A stretch of 63,989 nt of DNA, counting the filler, from Craspedostauros australis (Eukaryota), in the NCBI GenBank assembly GCA_030167865.1. It is 15 parts of 15 records of this genome, joined end to end, with 100 filler letters (N's around TTAATTAATTAA, not from the genome) between each part and the next. Parts side by side here need not be neighbours in the genome. Positions count along the whole stretch, not along the records: positions 61,061 to 62,885 come from JALAGF010000826.1; positions 62,986 to 63,989 come from JALAGF010000876.1; 13 more parts are not named here. The stretch is one strand, 5' to 3'. The translations under genes and the position numbers were made by a program. Position 1 is the stretch's first letter. Each line of letters begins with the position of its first letter. The notes beneath the pieces are model-generated. The model made no database searches and had not been told where the DNA came from. It was given only the letters and a program-made list of their open reading frames with translations. Positions 61,061-63,989 of the stretch are shown in pieces.

Positions 61061-62885
61061 GTTGTACGCTGCAGACAGCGACGCTTTCACGCGCATGGGA
61101 TTTGCGTGCAGTTGTACGTACCAGTCAGTTTTGGTCCTGTTGTCATCCATCAATTGCTCGTGTGCTTCGTGTTCGGACGGTCTGTTTTTCGGGTCCTTCG
61201 CGGACGCTTCACTGATGTCCTTCAACTTGTCCGCGATGTATTCTGGTAGTTCCGCTGGTTTGCGCGTTGTTTTGCTCGCCCAGCCTGGCACTGCAAGTGG
61301 TGGATGTTCTGTTTCTGCNNNNNNNNNNNNNNNNNNNNNNNNNNNNNNNNNNNNNNNNNNNNNNNNNNNNNNNNNNNNNNNNNNNNNNNNNNNNNNNNNN
61401 NNNNNNNNNNNNNNNGTGCGCCCGAGTTTTCGCGTCTTGTCCGTCTTCCTGAACGATTCGGACGTTATCGGCAGCTTGTCGGACGTGATTGTTCTGTCCT
61501 CGATGACGCCCAACTCGTTGATGATCCACCCTTCCCATTCAGCGCTCTTCACCACGACGTCTTCCGTGATACCAGATGCAGCCACCAACTGTGCCTGGTC
61601 ATCATCATACTTCACCTCGTGAGTTTGACGTACCTGTTGTCCAGACGCTCGGAATCGTCTTTTTGGTGCGCCTGGAAGCGTGGTGATGTTGCCTNNNNNN
61701 NACGACGCGTTAACAAGCACCGTTGTTGTCCCTGCGATGCTACCGGCTTTCAGTGCTTCGTAGAGTTGGCGGGCGGTCTTGATGTCACGTCCGCTTTGCA
61801 CGTATTTTCGCAGTACACGGGTGATGAAGGCGAAGTGGGTGTCCAGCATGCTCTTACCAGTTTGGGCCTCTGTGTAAATCCATGCGATGATTTTGGCCGC
61901 CTTTCGTTGCCGGAGGTTCTTGTTGAGTACCGATGTGATGAGCGCGATGTGCTCGTGACTGGCAAAGCAACACGCATTATTGCTCTGTAAGATGATTTCA
62001 GTCACGGATGGGTGAATGCCTTTGACCTTTTTTTGCACAATGTCAAGCAGTCCACCAACTTGAAGAGTGTCTTGTGTCGGTCTTCCGCCGACCACAATGT
62101 CAATGAACCGAAAAGTAAAAATGTCATTGCGACACGTGATGACCATCGCCCCAAGCAGTGACATTCCCTTTTCCCCCCAATATTCTTGTTGGGCTTCGCT
62201 TTGGCCTGTCGGTAGAATTTTTTGCTTATGGTCGAGTACCACATAGGCTCTTTCAGGCTTGTTGTTGAGTTCGGATTGATATAAAGCAATTTGTCCGAAT
62301 TGAACTTTGGCACGCACTTTGTGAGCCATGTAATTAATGATTTCATCAGCGAATCCCGGCGCTGCCGCAAGCATTGATTGCAATTCGTCCTTGTGTTCTG
62401 CAAGTTCGTTGTCCTTAAGCATTTCGATGAATGGGACAAAACGATCATTCACAAATCGCATTGCTGCGCCACAACGGTTGCATACTTTACGTGGTTGTTC
62501 GTTTGTTGTGACCACAGGAATGTCATTTGTGATGATTGGAATGTTGTTTGTGATGGTGGTGTTCTTCTTGCGCTTGTGCTTGTTGGTGCGTGGCTTGCGT
62601 TGATTGGTTGATGTGGTTGTTGCCTTCTTCTTCTCCTTTCCTGTGATGAGTGCGAACNCAGCCGAATGCATGGGGTCGTCACACTCATGCTGCATGTGNG
62701 ACGCGGTGAATTCCCATTTGACGAACACAACAAGCAGTTCGAGCGCATGCGAGAGGGACTCTGCTGTGCGCACATGTGGTGAGATGACGTCATCTGGCTC
62801 GTTGTTGTCATGGTGGGTCTTGTCATTGGCATCGTTTTTCTCCTCGCCCCCCACTTCATACTTAGCCTTCAGCAGGTCGACTAGG
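61061..62885 (-). mobile_element. Large DDD-type transposase fragment, Sola3-like (catalytic part)
   Basis: VVLDHKQKILP...EAQQEYWGEKGMSLLG, LQS(N)NACCF, EAQTGKSMLDTHFA. The pattern D..K.LP..E.Q..WG..G.S / SDNA.CY / E.Q.GK..D is recalled from a large-transposase family. The Sola3 label is tentative. Confidence 0.65.
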
Positions 62886-62985
62886 NNNNNNNNNNNNNNN
62901 NNNNNNNNNNNNNNNNNNNNNNNNNNNNNTTAATTAATTAANNNNNNNNNNNNNNNNNNNNNNNNNNNNNNNNNNNNNNNNNNNN

Positions 62986-63903
62986 TGTCTTCACCTGGAT
63001 GTGCTTGTTCGCGTATTCCCATTTCGCAAATGAAAGAACAGAATCACTGTCCGTGATGATGGCCTGTGCATCATCCAGAAGTTCAGACACGAGCTCTTTG
63101 TCTTGATGTTCCTTGTTCTGAGTCTGAAGCAGTTCCATGACTCTCTTGATCATGCTTTGAAAGTGCATGAATACAGTCAGAGTGTCTGTGTAGAAGGAGG
63201 ACAGGCCGGTTTGACACTTGCCACGTCGCGTGAGCAATGTCAGGATACTCTTGAAGGCAGGCATACCAACTGGGTCATCTGTTGTGTTCTTGTACTTGGC
63301 AAAGAGCTGCTCTTCTGGTATTGATCCGCGAATGAAGATAGGCAGGTCTGGGAACAGAACACCAGCCAACTTGACGCTCCTTGTGATGCCTGGCCGGTAC
63401 TGGAACATGGAGGTGAGAAACGAGACTACGCCCTGGAGACTAGATTCCTTGACACGGTACTTGTAGTCTGCGTGTGGGAACTGGCCTCCAGCAAGGATCG
63501 CACCTCCAGCGCGCGACAGTCGCCTGTGTGCTGTACGAGACATGGTTCGACATCCTGGCATGACCTTCGCCTTGTCCTCTTTCGACAAGCCACCGTAGTG
63601 CATGGCCAGGATTCGGGTGCAGCGTCCAGAGTTGCAGGTCATTGCCAAAACCGCACGAGCAGTCAGTGACAGGTCTCGATTCCCCCAGAAGGCTAAATGA
63701 CAGAGAGTCTGCTCCAGCAACACAGGAGGGAGTTGTTTGCGATGTCGCACGAAGGTCATGGCTTCCCAAAGTTGAGGTGATGGTTTCGCGCCAGGGAAGA
63801 CTGCATGTTCGGATGTTCCGCTACACAGCTCTTTCCAGATTCGTTTGATGAGACTCCAGTGGCGCTTGGCTCCCCTTGGTGGGATGCCTCCAAATCCACG
63901 CAC
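62986..63903 (-). mobile_element. N-terminal part of a related large transposase (different copy)
   Basis: RV....L..VVSFL......G.TRSVKL......P.FIR......F..Y......P....F..IL.......GL..F...KWEY..KH matches the pre-catalytic region expected for the previous family. Confidence 0.55.
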
Positions 63904-63989
63904 AGGGAATTTCGAAATTGCTCGAATGCCAATGCCTGCTGATCTGAAGATAGATATAAGTAGTCCTTTTCTGTTTACAGCATCCTCTG

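Noticed and set aside
23757..62941. Recurring palindrome TTAATTAATTAA
   Set aside because: Always centred in 44+44 Ns: an artificial six-frame-stop linker, not a biological repeat or TSD. Cross-linker neighbourhoods (e.g. LRR next to Gypsy RT) were not interpreted.
1..63989. tRNA, rRNA or other structured RNA genes
   Set aside because: None recognised by eye; a covariance-model scan was not possible.

Overview
Eukaryotic nuclear DNA, most likely from a diatom. This rests on short GT-AG introns, CA-rich 5' leaders, bipartite plastid-type presequences, diatom-type hypothetical gene families and CoDi-like Copia relics. The window is not contiguous: 14 artificial spacers (N44-TTAATTAATTAA-N44) join 15 pieces, so adjacency across them is meaningless. 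Piece 1 (1-23712) is gene-dense: RagA/B GTPase, FkbM-like methyltransferase, RMD1/DUF155 protein, an RPAP2-C-terminal-like protein, ABCG half transporter, GH1 glucosidase, gamma-carbonic-anhydrase-like protein, MATE transporter and a plastid-targeted P-loop protein. Piece 2 (23813-40800) holds decayed TE-like DNA with a triple hairpin, a LINE relic, an ARM-repeat gene and three tandem SDR genes. The small pieces are mostly transposon relics (Gypsy, Copia, Sola-like), a fucosyltransferase-like fragment and a Cys-rich surface-protein fragment. The most striking signal is two versions of one LRR gene with identical ~500-bp flanks but different 72-bp repeat arrays (14 vs 12 units), with variation concentrated on the predicted ligand-binding face. 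All family calls come from motif recognition by eye; no searches were run.
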